A stretch of 64,000 bases of DNA from a bacterium (GCA_036382775.1 DASVHD010000035.1:28804-92803); one strand, 5' to 3'; counted from the stretch's first letter, positions 1 to 10,208 are shown. Numbers and translations are program-made. Notes: generated by a model from the sequence alone, not told the origin.

Positions 1-2
1 AC

Positions 3-473
3 CTGTTCTCCCATAATGCCGCGGATCTGTCCCGGATCAGGAATGAAAAGATCGGCTTCGTTTTCCAGTTTCACCATCTTTTGCCCGAATTCAGCGCCCT
101 GGAAAACGTCGCGCTGCCGGCCCTGGTCAACGGCCGCAACCCCGCTTCTGCCATCTATGAAAAAGCCCAGCGGCTGCTTGAACAACTCGGCCTGGGCAGC
201 AAAAGAAGCAGGCTTCCCGAGGAAATGTCCGGCGGTGAACGCCAGCGCGTCGCGATCTGCCGGGCCCTGGTCAACAACCCGCGCGTGCTGCTTGCCGACG
301 AACCGACCGGCAACCTCGATGACGAGAACACCGGTAAACTGATCGGCGTTCTGACCGATCTAAAGAATGATGGCAGAACGATCATCCTTGTCACGCATTC
401 GCTGGATATTGCCAAGGCCGGCACCGATGTGTATACTTTACGCGATGGAAAACTTTTCCCGATCAAGGAATAA
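3..473 (+). CDS. lolD: ABC transporter ATP-binding protein, LolD/MacB-like (5' partial, runs off window start)
   Basis: The frame is open from nt 3 with no start codon. It has IGFVFQFHHLLPEFSALENV, the ABC signature MSGGERQRVAICRAL, Walker B LLADEPTGNLD and H-loop LVTHS. Confidence 0.8.
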   Translation: MFSHNAADLSRIRNEKIGFVFQFHHLLPEFSALENVALPALVNGRNPASAIYEKAQRLLEQLGLGSKRSRLPEEMSGGERQRVAICRALVNNPRVLLADEPTGNLDDENTGKLIGVLTDLKNDGRTIILVTHSLDIAKAGTDVYTLRDGKLFPIKE

Positions 474-485
474 GGAGCTCTGAAC

Positions 486-965
486 ATGCTCTGCGATGAT
501 TGCAAGAAAAAACCGGCATCGATCTTTTTCAAGGACGTCGTATCCGGGAAGATCAGCGAGCTCAGGCTGTGCCTGGAATGCGCGCAAAAACGCGGGCTGG
601 TCGCAAGCAAAAAAATGTCGCCGATCGAAACGCTGCAGAAGCTGCTCAAAGAAAAGACCGCGCAGGACGAGCAGGTCATCTGCCCCGTGTGCTGCCTGTC
701 GCTGGCCGAGTTCAAGCGGGTCGGACGTTTTGGCTGCAGCCATTGCATCCACACGTTCGAACCTCATATCCGGCACCTTATCAAGGAGATCCAGGAAAGC
801 GAGCGGCACATCGGACGCCGGGCCAAGCCGGGCGAACACAAAGGCATGGAGATCTTCAAACTACGCGAGGAACTGAAAAAGGCGATCGAGAGTGAAGCGT
901 ACGAAGAAGCGGCCAAGATCCGCGACCAGTTAAAAGCGCTGGGCATAAACACCAGCGATAACTAA
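486..965 (+). CDS. mcsA: Protein-arginine kinase activator McsA (zinc-finger plus UVR motif protein)
   Basis: It has paired Cys motifs (CDDC..CLEC, CPVC..CSHC) and a C-terminal UVR-like helix EAYEEAAKIRDQLKAL. Its stop overlaps the mcsB start as TAATG. Confidence 0.8.
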   Translation: MLCDDCKKKPASIFFKDVVSGKISELRLCLECAQKRGLVASKKMSPIETLQKLLKEKTAQDEQVICPVCCLSLAEFKRVGRFGCSHCIHTFEPHIRHLIKEIQESERHIGRRAKPGEHKGMEIFKLREELKKAIESEAYEEAAKIRDQLKALGINTSDN

Positions 966-2011
966 TGCTAAACAACATCCGCTGGCTCGTTCCCGGCAAC
1001 GGCATAACCCACAGCCACGAAGAACGGGAGATCGTAGTATCATCCCGCATCCGGATCGCACGCAACCTCGAAAGCCTGCCTTTTGAGATAAAAATGAAAC
1101 CGCGGGACAACGACCGGCTGCTGGAGCTCGTTAACAATATCATCAAGTCCAACGCCACCGGTCAGTACCTTTACATGCAAAAGATATCGCCATTGGAACG
1201 GGAATCCCTGCTTGAAAGTCATCTTATCTCACCGGTATTCTTGAAAGCGAACCGTCCATCCGCCGTTTTCCTGAATGAAACCGGCACTATCTCCATCATG
1301 GTCAATGAGGAAGACCATCTGCGCATCCAGGGCCTGTCGTACGGGCTGGATCTGCTCAATATATCAAGCGAAGTTTTCAAGATCGAAGAGATCCTGGGCG
1401 AAAACCTGGGGTTCGCGTTCCATGAAACCTACGGCTACCTGACAAGCTGCCCCACCAATATCGGCACGGGCATGCGCGCGTCAGTGCTTTTCCACCTGCC
1501 CGGGCTTGTCTTCACGAACGAGATCGATAAGATCCTCAAGGGCGCGGTTAACCTGGGCATGGCCGTGCGGGGTATCTACGGGGAAGGCACCGAGATCAAG
1601 GGCAACCTGTTCCAGATTTCGAACCAGCACACACTGGGCTTGAAAGAAGAAGACCTGATCGAATCGCTGACAAAATTCACCCACATGATCATCGATGTCG
1701 AGAGAAAGACCCGCGACGCGATCCTTGCCAAGGCCCGTTTTGAGTTCGAGGACAAGGTCCTGCGCAGCCTTGCCATTTTAAAATATGCAAAAATCCTGAG
1801 CACGGACGAGGTGCTGAACTTGCTTTCAGCGGTCCGGCTCGGTATCGGTACGGGCGTCATCACCGACATCAGCATCGATACGGTCAATGAGATAATGCTT
1901 ATTTCGAGACCAGGGAACCTCCAGATGCATTATGGTGAGATCCTTGAAGAGCATGAACGTGATATCAAAAGGGCTGAATTCATCCGTAACCGGCTCAGCC
2001 CGACCGCTTAA
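965..2011 (+). CDS. mcsB: Protein arginine kinase McsB (ATP:guanido phosphotransferase)
   Basis: It carries the guanido-kinase signatures NEEDHLRIQ and CPTNIGTGMRASV, is 348 aa long, and is translationally coupled to mcsA. Confidence 0.9.
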   Translation: MLNNIRWLVPGNGITHSHEEREIVVSSRIRIARNLESLPFEIKMKPRDNDRLLELVNNIIKSNATGQYLYMQKISPLERESLLESHLISPVFLKANRPSAVFLNETGTISIMVNEEDHLRIQGLSYGLDLLNISSEVFKIEEILGENLGFAFHETYGYLTSCPTNIGTGMRASVLFHLPGLVFTNEIDKILKGAVNLGMAVRGIYGEGTEIKGNLFQISNQHTLGLKEEDLIESLTKFTHMIIDVERKTRDAILAKARFEFEDKVLRSLAILKYAKILSTDEVLNLLSAVRLGIGTGVITDISIDTVNEIMLISRPGNLQMHYGEILEEHERDIKRAEFIRNRLSPTA

Positions 2012-2098
2012 TTACACCGTTATTGCATCCCGTTAGAAACAGCAACGCTCTTTGGTGCCCACCAGTTTATTAAGCGTATGTAATTATCCCCTGAGTTT

Positions 2099-4135
2099 CT
2101 AATGGGATTCCCCCAGCATCCGTATTGCTTCCTTAGCGTAAGTGTTGTCCGGTTCAATTTCCAGACAGCGCTGCCATGACTGCCGTGCCCGGCCGCGCTG
2201 ACCGGTCTTGAAGTAAACAATACCCAGATCATACAACAGGACAACGCTGTTGGGGATCTTCCTCAGCCCGGCGGACAGCACGCTGAGCGCCTGATCAGAT
2301 CTACCGAGCTGGAATAAAAGCCGCCCCAGGTTATTATAAGCCTGGACATGGCATGGTTCATCGTTGATCGCCTCCCGGTATGCTATCTGCGCCGGTACGT
2401 ATAAATGTTTGTTCTCCAGTTCAAAACCTTTTTCATAGGGCGTCAGGGGGATCGATCCCGGACCGACTAGATCGCCGGTCGTGCGAAACTTTAACCGCAT
2501 CGCTTCCAACGCTTCTGCCGCCGGCTTTCTTTGAGGATCGATCTTGAGCACGAACTCAAGCTGCTGGATGGCGCCCGAAAAATACCCCAGGCTTGCGTAA
2601 GCCCGTGCAAGTTCATAACGCGCGTACGGGTCGGCGGGATCAAGTTCGAGCGCCCATTTCAGTTCAACAATGGCTGCTTTCAGGTCTTGTTCCCGCGACC
2701 CAGGATCCTCAAGCGCTCTGGTGAGGTACCGCGAGCCGATGATGCTCCTCATTCTTTCATAATCAAACTGGATCCGCGGCCAGTTGACCAGTGCAAAACA
2801 CGCCGCCAGCACCACTATGGCAAGTCCCAGCGTTCGGTAAGAACGGGCACGGACAAGCTCCAGGAAGTCGCGCGCTCCCAGCACCGTAAATACGATAAGG
2901 ACTGGCACGACCGGCACGCGGTAACGTTCGGTGACAAAGAATACAACCACCGACAGCATGTAAGTGATCAAAAAGGCGAGTAAAAGCTTCTCTGCGGTCT
3001 TCAGGCCCCGGACTATCCGCATGAGAATACCCGTCAGCGCCAGTGGACCGATCAGCCAGAAACCGATGAGCGTGATCTTTAAAACCGGCGCATAATGAGC
3101 GCGGATGAAATAGAAATCAAGATTATTGGGTATTTCATATGAGTTCCAGAACAAAGTGATCTTACGCCATAACAATCCGAGCGCCCGGCCCGGATGGTGA
3201 AGGATGAAGGAAAATGCTTTTGATGCCCAGAACGACGACACCCCGGATGGTTTAAGCGCCCGGCCGGTTTGCGCTTCAGCGGCTGCGCTGGCCGATCCTC
3301 CAAGGTCATAATTCGACAATCCGGACCCCGGCGGCAGGTAAAAGGCGCCGACCGCCTGCGGGTTGTTGCCGATAAAAAGATTTACCCCGGCGTTCGACGA
3401 AACCAGCATGAAATCATGTCCCTTCAGCGCGTTCCGGACTGTAAAGGGCAGGATCAAACCTATCGCGCCGGCGAGTAGTAAGATGGCCGGCTTCCATTTC
3501 CAGGCGGATAATTTTGTTGAAAACCTTCCAGCCACGAACCATAACGCCACGGGCAGGAAAAGAAGGATATTAGTACGGTCCAGCGCGGCTGCGCCTAAAC
3601 ATGCGCCCGCGGCAAGTGCGTGCCAGCCCCTTGATGACCGGTCATATGCGGTCAGGAACAACAGGCACAGATCAACAAATACGAGCGTCACAAAGATCAT
3701 GAGCATATCGGCGTCGAAGAAAACAAGCAGACCGTAAAGTACGGATAAAATTCCGGCGATCAGCGCGTAACCAGTCCTGCCGTCCGTGACCTTCCATGCC
3801 AGCATGAAGATCAGAAGACAATTCAGGGAACCGATCACGATCTGGATCAAACCCAGGATGAAAAAACTCCTGCCTGCAAGCGCGAGGACCGCGGCAATGA
3901 AATATGGGTATGGCGGAGAACTGTAGAAATATACTCCTTCGCCCAGGAGATGCCCTTTTAAAATATCCAGCGCCTGGTCTAAAAGAACACGGGAATCGCC
4001 CGCCGGATCGTCAAAGTACGGTGCCCTGGAAATTTCGGTTAAATAAACCAGTCGCACGGCAAAAGCGGCAACGAATACCAGCGCCATTAAATAAAGCACC
4101 CGGCGTGACAAAAACCGCTGTCGATCAGGTCCCAT
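2099..4135 (-). CDS. GT-C/GT39 (ArnT/PMT-like) membrane glycosyltransferase with C-terminal TPR repeats
   Basis: The N-terminal ~470 aa is a multi-pass hydrophobic region typical of polyprenyl-phosphate-sugar dependent transferases. The C-terminal ~200 aa has TPR-like repeats (AYNNLGRLLFQLGRSDQAL, GIVYFKTGQRGRARQSWQRCLEIEPDN). Confidence 0.65.
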   Translation of the reverse strand: MGPDRQRFLSRRVLYLMALVFVAAFAVRLVYLTEISRAPYFDDPAGDSRVLLDQALDILKGHLLGEGVYFYSSPPYPYFIAAVLALAGRSFFILGLIQIVIGSLNCLLIFMLAWKVTDGRTGYALIAGILSVLYGLLVFFDADMLMIFVTLVFVDLCLLFLTAYDRSSRGWHALAAGACLGAAALDRTNILLFLPVALWFVAGRFSTKLSAWKWKPAILLLAGAIGLILPFTVRNALKGHDFMLVSSNAGVNLFIGNNPQAVGAFYLPPGSGLSNYDLGGSASAAAEAQTGRALKPSGVSSFWASKAFSFILHHPGRALGLLWRKITLFWNSYEIPNNLDFYFIRAHYAPVLKITLIGFWLIGPLALTGILMRIVRGLKTAEKLLLAFLITYMLSVVVFFVTERYRVPVVPVLIVFTVLGARDFLELVRARSYRTLGLAIVVLAACFALVNWPRIQFDYERMRSIIGSRYLTRALEDPGSREQDLKAAIVELKWALELDPADPYARYELARAYASLGYFSGAIQQLEFVLKIDPQRKPAAEALEAMRLKFRTTGDLVGPGSIPLTPYEKGFELENKHLYVPAQIAYREAINDEPCHVQAYNNLGRLLFQLGRSDQALSVLSAGLRKIPNSVVLLYDLGIVYFKTGQRGRARQSWQRCLEIEPDNTYAKEAIRMLGESH

Positions 4136-4237
4136 GGATGATCATCCCTGATGACATTGTATGCCAAAATAACCTGAAATCAATCCGCAATTTTTGTTGC
4201 CGTGTCACTTGGCACACGGCTTGCCGGCATATCTTCA

Positions 4238-4265
4238 TTGCTATAGCCCCAAATCCGAATATAAT
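4238..4265 (+). promoter_or_regulatory. Sigma70-type promoter upstream of tilS (-35 TTGCTA, 16-nt spacer, -10 TATAAT)
   Basis: TTGCTA lies at 4238-4243 and TATAAT at 4260-4265. The -10 ends 8 nt before the ATG at 4274, and no SD lies between them. Confidence 0.55.
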
Positions 4266-4273
4266 ATCCGGCT

Positions 4274-5719
4274 ATGGGCTTAATTCCACGGGTCATAGGT
4301 CCAACCTCAGAATTTCTTCACATGGTGGATCGAACAGTGCGGGATGAACGCATGCTGTCGCGAGCTAAAAAGATCCTGATCGCGTTCTCAGCGGGCCCTG
4401 ATTCGGTCTGCCTGCTCGATGCTCTGCACCGGCTGTACGGTCATAAGGTCGCAATGTCGCTGGTCTACCTTGACCATGGTCTGCGGTCGGAACGGGCTAT
4501 CAGCCGCGAAAAAAAGCTGGCCCGGCACTACGCGCATATCTACGGCATACCCGGCAAGGTCATCCGCATCAAGGTCGACGCCGGCAAGGGCCGGCTGGGG
4601 ATCGAGGGCGAGGCCCGCGAATCCCGGTACCAGGCCCTGATCCGGCGCGCGCGCGCGGTTAAAGCCGACCGGATCGCCCTGGGACACAACCTTGATGACG
4701 TCGTGGAGACATTTTTTCTTAATATTTTACGGGGCAGCGGCGCAACCGGCCTGATGGCGATACCAGCGGTCCGGTTGCCGTTCATCCGGCCCCTTATCGC
4801 CGTACGCAAAAGGGATATCATCGTTTATCTCCGGCAGAATAAACTGCGATCCGCGACCGATCGGTCCAACCGCCGCCTGTCGTTTCGCCGCAATTTCCTT
4901 CGCCACAAGGTCATCCCGCTGCTGGAAACCATCAACCCGCGACTGCATGAGCATATCCGCAACCAGATCGAACTACTGCGGCGCGATGAAGCATATTTTC
5001 AGCAAAAAGCCGAATCGGCGCTAAAACGCGTCGTCACGCAGCACCAAAGCGGTGCTGCCCTTGACACCAGCCGGCTTATGCGTTATACTATGCCAGTGCG
5101 TAGTCGGGCGCTCCGCCTTGTGATCAAGTCACTCTGCGGGGACCTTGCGGGTTACGAGAGTAAACACATTGACGCGATTGCCGGTCTAATTGCTAAAGAG
5201 AGCGGCAAAAAGATAATTCTGCCGAAAGGCATGTACGCCCAGCGCGATCATGGTCTTATCGTGATCGGCAGGGCTGGTCAAAACCGGGCATTTGAAAGGA
5301 CACTGGGCCTGCGCGGAAAAATCCTACTGCCCGGCGGATGCCGGATCAAGTCGCGGACCGTACGGCATTACGATCTTTCAAAACGCATTGCCGGAAACGA
5401 GGTATTTGACCTCGACAAGCTGGCGTTGCCAATGGTGGTCAGGAGTAGAAGACCGGGTGACGTGCTTGAAGGAGCGCGCGGCAGGATCGCGCTGAAAAAG
5501 ATCTTGAGCGCGGCCCGCGTGCCCCAGGACCGACGGCCGGGGATCATTGTACTGGCCGACCAGAAAGGGATCCTCTGGATACCGGGCGTCAAGCGTGCAG
5601 TCCGGGCGTACATTGGGAGAACAACAAAACGTTTTCTACTGGTGACTTGTGAATGTCTTGATCAAAGAGGAAGATGTAATAAAAAAAGTCAAGGATATCG
5701 GAGCGCTGATCAACAGTGA
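4274..5719 (+). CDS. tilS: tRNA(Ile)-lysidine synthase TilS
   Basis: It has the PP-loop SAGPDSVCLL and sits in the conserved tilS-hpt-ftsH order. The start is uncertain (ATG at 4274, 4319 or 4352). The 3' end overlaps hpt by 71 nt. Confidence 0.85.
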   Translation: MGLIPRVIGPTSEFLHMVDRTVRDERMLSRAKKILIAFSAGPDSVCLLDALHRLYGHKVAMSLVYLDHGLRSERAISREKKLARHYAHIYGIPGKVIRIKVDAGKGRLGIEGEARESRYQALIRRARAVKADRIALGHNLDDVVETFFLNILRGSGATGLMAIPAVRLPFIRPLIAVRKRDIIVYLRQNKLRSATDRSNRRLSFRRNFLRHKVIPLLETINPRLHEHIRNQIELLRRDEAYFQQKAESALKRVVTQHQSGAALDTSRLMRYTMPVRSRALRLVIKSLCGDLAGYESKHIDAIAGLIAKESGKKIILPKGMYAQRDHGLIVIGRAGQNRAFERTLGLRGKILLPGGCRIKSRTVRHYDLSKRIAGNEVFDLDKLALPMVVRSRRPGDVLEGARGRIALKKILSAARVPQDRRPGIIVLADQKGILWIPGVKRAVRAYIGRTTKRFLLVTCECLDQRGRCNKKSQGYRSADQQ

Positions 5720-6155
5720 TTACCGGGGTAAGAACCCCGTGCTCATTGGTGTACTCAAGGGCGCGTTCGTATTTCTCGCGGACCTGCTCAGGGAGCTGGA
5801 AATACCGCATGAGCTCGATTTTCTGGCGATCTCAAGCTACAGCGGCAAGACCTCGCGGGGGATCGTTAAGATCAGCGCCGATCTGTCCATTAATATCGAG
5901 GACCGGGATGTCATCCTGGTCGAGGATATCGTGGACACGGGATGCACGCTTCATTACATCCTTGAGAATTTGAAGACGCGCCAGCCACGCAGCCTGGCCG
6001 TATGCGCATTGCTGAATAAAAAGGAGAACCGGCGGACCGAGATACCCCTGACCTACGTGGGGTTCACCATCCCGTCGGTCTTCGTCGTGGGATATGGGCT
6101 TGATTATGAAAATCAATACCGGAATTTACGGTATATAGGAGTGTATGATGGCTAA
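5649..6155 (+). CDS. hpt: Hypoxanthine phosphoribosyltransferase
   Basis: It has the PRPP-binding motif [14 protein letters not shown] and a typical Hpt N-terminus ([16 protein letters not shown]). The start is GTG at 5649. Confidence 0.9.
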   Translation: MNVLIKEEDVIKKVKDIGALINSDYRGKNPVLIGVLKGAFVFLADLLRELEIPHELDFLAISSYSGKTSRGIVKISADLSINIEDRDVILVEDIVDTGCTLHYILENLKTRQPRSLAVCALLNKKENRRTEIPLTYVGFTIPSVFVVGYGLDYENQYRNLRYIGVYDG

Positions 6156-8007
6156 TAAACCGCCCACACGGACAAGGGCTCTGCAAACAGTGATCTTATG
6201 GACGGTCCTGATCATTGTCGTCTGGATCGGCGTCCAGTATCTGCTATCCCGGAGCGAAAAGGCTGCTGATATACCGTATTCCAAATTCATCCAGGAACTC
6301 AGAAGTAAGAACATAGGCAAGGTCATGATCACCGAGCGGTCGATCAAAGGGACGTTCAAAAACATGCTCCAGATCGACAAAGGAACGTTCACCGAATTTG
6401 TAACGCTCATGCCGTTCGAAGATACCAAGCTCACGGATGAGCTGCTCAAGGGCAATGTCGAGATCGTGGCCAAGCAGAAGTCCTCATGGTTCGAGATCGT
6501 CGCCGGCATAATCCCCTGGCTTTTGGTCATCGCCATCTGGGTCATTTTCTTAAGGCAGATGCAGTCGGGGCAGAACCGGGCGCTTGGTTTCGGGCGGAGC
6601 CGGGCCAAGATCATGTTGGAGAACAAGCCGTCCGCCACGTTCAACGATGTCGCGGGTGTCGAAGAGGCGAAGCAGGAGCTGCAGGAAGTCATAGAATTTT
6701 TAAAGGAACCGCGCAAATTCACCAGGCTGGGCGGCCGCATCCCGAAAGGCGTGCTCCTTCTCGGTCCACCCGGCACGGGTAAAACCCTCATGGCACGCGC
6801 GGTTGCCGGTGAAGCCGGCGTCCCATTCATATCGATCAGCGGTTCGGATTTCGTAGAGATGTTCGTAGGCGTGGGCGCTTCGCGGGTTCGCGACCTTTTT
6901 GAACAGGCCAAAAGGAATTCGCCCTGCATCGTGTTCATCGACGAGATCGATGCGGTCGGCCGGCTGCGTGGGGCCGGTCTCGGCGGCGGGCACGACGAAA
7001 GAGAGCAGACGCTAAACCAGCTCCTGGTCGAGATGGACGGCTTTGTGGTCAACGAAGGCATAATCCTGATGGCGGCCACGAACCGCCCTGATATCCTTGA
7101 TCCCGCGCTCTTGAGACCCGGGCGCTTTGACCGCGTGGTCGTGCTTGACCGGCCTGATATCCGCGGTCGTCAGGGGATACTGAAAGTCCACACGCGCAAG
7201 ATCCCGCTTGATACCGACGTGGACCTTGACGTCCTGGCGCGCGGCACACCTGGATTTTCCGGCGCCGACCTTGCGAACATGTGCAACGAAGCGGCTCTAC
7301 TGGCGGCGCGGCGCAACAAGCAGAAAATCTCCATGGCCGAGTTCGAGGATGCCAAGGACAAGATCCTCATGGGCGTTGAACGCAAGAGCCTGATCATCTC
7401 CGATGACGAGAAAAAGCTGACCGCATGCCACGAATGCGGGCACGTGTTCGTGTCGAAATTCCTCCCGGGCATGGACCCGATCCACAAGGTCACCATTATC
7501 CCTCGCGGCATGGCCCTCGGCGTGACACAGGCCCTGCCCATTGACGAACGGCGCACCTATTCGAAGACCTATTGTTTCAACCAGCTCGCCTATATGCTGG
7601 GCGGCCGGGTCGCCGAGAAATTGATCCTGGGCGATCTATCGACCGGCTCAGGCAATGACATCGAAAAAGCGACCAAACTTGCCCGCAAAATGGTATGCGA
7701 ATGGGGTATGAGCGATAAGCTGGGGCCTCTGACCTATGGCGAAAAACAGGAAGAGATATTTCTGGGCCGCGAGATCGGCATGCACCGCGATTATTCAGAG
7801 CAAACCGCCCGGGAGATCGACGAGGAAGTGAAAAAATTAGTGGAAAGATCCGAAACGATCGCCGAGCAGATAATTTCCAAAAATATCGAGAAACTCAAAA
7901 CGCTGGCCGCAAAACTGCTCGAGAAAGAGATCATGACCGGCGAAGAAATCGACCAGATTCTCTTTGATAAAGATAAAAAAACCGGGATCCACGACGTTAG
8001 CGCGTAA
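6145..8007 (+). CDS. ftsH: ATP-dependent zinc metalloprotease FtsH
   Basis: It has two N-terminal TM segments, Walker A GPPGTGKT, Walker [10 protein letters not shown] and the zinc motif HECGH. Confidence 0.95.
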   Translation: MMANKPPTRTRALQTVILWTVLIIVVWIGVQYLLSRSEKAADIPYSKFIQELRSKNIGKVMITERSIKGTFKNMLQIDKGTFTEFVTLMPFEDTKLTDELLKGNVEIVAKQKSSWFEIVAGIIPWLLVIAIWVIFLRQMQSGQNRALGFGRSRAKIMLENKPSATFNDVAGVEEAKQELQEVIEFLKEPRKFTRLGGRIPKGVLLLGPPGTGKTLMARAVAGEAGVPFISISGSDFVEMFVGVGASRVRDLFEQAKRNSPCIVFIDEIDAVGRLRGAGLGGGHDEREQTLNQLLVEMDGFVVNEGIILMAATNRPDILDPALLRPGRFDRVVVLDRPDIRGRQGILKVHTRKIPLDTDVDLDVLARGTPGFSGADLANMCNEAALLAARRNKQKISMAEFEDAKDKILMGVERKSLIISDDEKKLTACHECGHVFVSKFLPGMDPIHKVTIIPRGMALGVTQALPIDERRTYSKTYCFNQLAYMLGGRVAEKLILGDLSTGSGNDIEKATKLARKMVCEWGMSDKLGPLTYGEKQEEIFLGREIGMHRDYSEQTAREIDEEVKKLVERSETIAEQIISKNIEKLKTLAAKLLEKEIMTGEEIDQILFDKDKKTGIHDVSA

Positions 8008-8565
8008 ATGAACAAGAAAAAGATCGAAAAAGCGGTCCGCGCGATCCTTGAAGCGATCGGCGAAGACGTTGACCGCGACGGACTTAAAGACACGCCGCGC
8101 CGGATCGCTGACATGTACGAGGACATTTTTGCCGGCATCAAACAGGACCCGAAAAAGGAACTTAAAACATACCGGACCAAGAACGAAGATGAGATGATCA
8201 TCATCAAGGACGTCCCGTTCTATTCCGTATGCGAACATCACCTGCTGCCATTCCTGGGCAAAGCGCATGTTGTCTACATTCCCAAAGATAACCGGATCAC
8301 AGGTTTTTCCAGTCTGGTTAAAGTCATCGATATCATGGCAAAAAAACCCCTGATGCAGGAACGCCTGACTCATGAGATCGCTGATTTTTTAATGGCGAAT
8401 CTAAAACCTCTGGGCGTGCTGGTCGTGATCGAAGCCGAACACTTGTGCCTGTCCATGATCGGCGTGAAAAAATCCGGCATGCTGACCGTGACCTCCGCGA
8501 TCCGCGGCGCCATGCGTTCAGCCGCGACCCGGGCTGAAGCCTTGTCTCTGATTAAAGGCCGTTGA
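8008..8565 (+). CDS. folE: GTP cyclohydrolase I
   Basis: It has the FolE core motifs (FYSVCEHHLLPF, VVVIEAEHLC). The ATG immediately follows the ftsH stop. Confidence 0.9.
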   Translation: MNKKKIEKAVRAILEAIGEDVDRDGLKDTPRRIADMYEDIFAGIKQDPKKELKTYRTKNEDEMIIIKDVPFYSVCEHHLLPFLGKAHVVYIPKDNRITGFSSLVKVIDIMAKKPLMQERLTHEIADFLMANLKPLGVLVVIEAEHLCLSMIGVKKSGMLTVTSAIRGAMRSAATRAEALSLIKGR

Positions 8566-8596
8566 AACCTCCCGGGGAAATCTAAAAACACATTTA

Positions 8597-8914
8597 ATGC
8601 CTGACGGTTTCATAATAATATACTCGACGTTCCCGAATAAAAAGACGGCCGTTAAAATAATTAAAATGCTAATCGCCGCAAAACTGGCCGCCTGCGGCAG
8701 CATGTTCGAGCTTGATTCGCTCTATGTTTGGAAGAAGAAAACCGAACGCGCGCGTGAATGGGGCGCGTTCATTAAGACAAAAAGTAGGAATTATAAAAAA
8801 GTGGAAGAGTTCATTTTGAGGCATCATCCCTACGAAGTGCCGGAGATCGTTAGCTGGGACATCAAACGGGGTTCGAAGAGCTACCTACACTGGATCAAAG
8901 AAAATACGATTTGA
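8597..8914 (+). CDS. cutA: Divalent-cation tolerance protein CutA
   Basis: It is 105 aa and has CutA1-like sequence (AAKLAACG..., HPYEVPEI). Confidence 0.8.
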   Translation: MPDGFIIIYSTFPNKKTAVKIIKMLIAAKLAACGSMFELDSLYVWKKKTERAREWGAFIKTKSRNYKKVEEFILRHHPYEVPEIVSWDIKRGSKSYLHWIKENTI

Positions 8915-8952
8915 AAGACCTGAGCATATCGGGTTCGACCACATATTCATAA

Positions 8953-9058
8953 TGTGTCATACCCGCGCAGGCGGGTATCCATAGCTGTTTTTTCTGGATT
9001 CCCGTTCCCCGCTTTTGCGGGGACAAGTTTACCCCTGCGGAAGCAGGGGGGAATGACA
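8953..9058 (+). mobile_element. MITE/REP-like palindromic element, family A, copy 1
   Basis: Its imperfect terminal inverted repeats are TGTCATACCCG and CGGGGAATGACA. It contains three internal hairpins (atacccgc/gcgggtat, ccccgc/gcgggg, cccctgc/gcagggg). The 29 nt at 8953-8981 is identical to the reverse complement of 16275-16303. Confidence 0.75.
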
Positions 9059-9092
9059 ATGCAGCGGGAGAGGTCGTTTTGCAAAAGTAAAA

Positions 9093-9117
9093 GGGGCGGC
9101 AAAGCCGCCCCTTTTTT
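9093..9117. terminator. Bidirectional intrinsic terminator between cutA and the lipoprotein gene
   Basis: The hairpin is ggggcggc-aaa-gccgcccc. An A-run lies upstream and TTTTTT downstream, and it sits between convergent genes. Confidence 0.8.
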
Positions 9118-9133
9118 GTTTTTGGTTATCGTC

Positions 9134-9964
9134 TTATTTCGCGATAAGTATCGGCACTCCGGCATTATCCTGGTAGGCGTAGGTGACGTCAACGGTCGCT
9201 CCGGTCGAATCATAAGCATCGACATGGAGTTTTACGTAGTTCTCTTCCTCAGTCACGAAACCGATGAGGTCGCCGACAATGAACGGAACATGATCGTCAA
9301 TGAGATCCCCCGGCGTCAGCTCGGACAGGCTGTCCAATTCCATCTGACCGTAGCTGTGCATCAAGGTCGTTCTTCCATTGGGGCGCCGTGAAGCAGAATT
9401 GACCTGGAGTGTTTCTTCGCCGCCTTGAATGAACCTCTCGAAGAACACATCAGCACCAGGAAATTCATCATTGGTTTCATCAACCAGTGCGCCGGTGGCG
9501 AATGTCAGTCCACAACCAGGTTCATTCATGTTACCAGGCGCGAGTTCGAGAGTCACGGTTACCGTGAACTCGGGTCTCGGCGAAGCCGTCACAAACGGCT
9601 TTGTCGCGTTGTAATCGCCGGCTTTGTCGTCGGTATTCAAAGTACGGACCTGGATATAGTAAACGCTGTCCTGCGCCAGTGGCGTAATCTCGTATGAATT
9701 GGTCGTGATCGGGGTCGCGTTGAACGCACTGAGATCTTCCGCGCTCTCGACCAGGAGTGTGGTGGAATCGGTGGCCACGTACACGTTGTAGCCGTTGAAA
9801 TCCGTGCTATTCTCGATCGTCGTATCCACGGTCCAGACGACCGTCACCGACGTCTCACCCATAATCACGGTATTGATCTCCGGCGCGTTGAGCAGCTCGG
9901 CGCCGCCGCAGCCGGCGATTAATGCCACTGCGATCAACGATGCGAAGGTTATAAATGTCTTCAT
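9134..9964 (-). CDS. Secreted lipoprotein with fibronectin type III-like domain
   Basis: It has a lipobox signal peptide (MKTFITFASLIAVALIAGCGG) and Fn3-like strands (VTVVWTVD..FNGYNVYVA..YYIQVRTLN). An SD (AGGAG) lies 8 nt upstream. Confidence 0.7.
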   Translation of the reverse strand: MKTFITFASLIAVALIAGCGGAELLNAPEINTVIMGETSVTVVWTVDTTIENSTDFNGYNVYVATDSTTLLVESAEDLSAFNATPITTNSYEITPLAQDSVYYIQVRTLNTDDKAGDYNATKPFVTASPRPEFTVTVTLELAPGNMNEPGCGLTFATGALVDETNDEFPGADVFFERFIQGGEETLQVNSASRRPNGRTTLMHSYGQMELDSLSELTPGDLIDDHVPFIVGDLIGFVTEEENYVKLHVDAYDSTGATVDVTYAYQDNAGVPILIAK

Positions 9965-10208
9965 TTTTTCTACTCCTTTTTGTTCTTGCTTTTGCAGTTG
10001 CCCGATCCAGTTGTAAATGACCTGTTCACATACTATGAACAGTATATCTGGCCGCTGCTTTTAAAGCTTATTTTTTTATTGGGACAACGGTTGTTCTCAG
10101 GCACAACCGGCAAAGCCCTTGTTTAGCGTATCACGTATGTTTGGGCTTCCAGCACCACCTCCTCTTTAAGCCCGATCAGACCCAAATATCTTAAAACCTA
10201 CTATGCGT

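Noticed and set aside
155-754. Long antisense or alternate-frame ORFs overlapping well-supported genes. Examples are 155-754(-), 6126-7079(-), 12908-13582(+), 13500-14432(+), 22873-23544(-), 36124-36777(+), 37279-37989(+), 42903-43508(-) and 49865-50560(-).
   Set aside because: Each lies entirely within or opposite a CDS with strong family motifs. Their translations are low-complexity (Arg/Ser/Pro-rich) and have no motifs, as expected for shadow ORFs in moderately GC-rich DNA.
8947-9391. ORFs 8947-9225(-) and 8954-9391(+) across the cutA-lipoprotein gap, and 16098-16609 ORFs across the orphan-porin gap.
   Set aside because: They are read-throughs of the palindromic MITE-like elements. The peptides (..DTRLRGYDT.., ..PLPSRGR..) are the typical artefactual translations of such repeats, and no SD or start context is present.
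10022-10042. CTGTTCA-N7-TGAACAG palindrome as a possible LexA/SOS box.
   Set aside because: Its spacing and half-site orientation fit neither the CTGT-N8-ACAG (Proteobacteria) nor the GAAC-N4-GTTC (Gram-positive) consensus. It is treated only as a leader hairpin.
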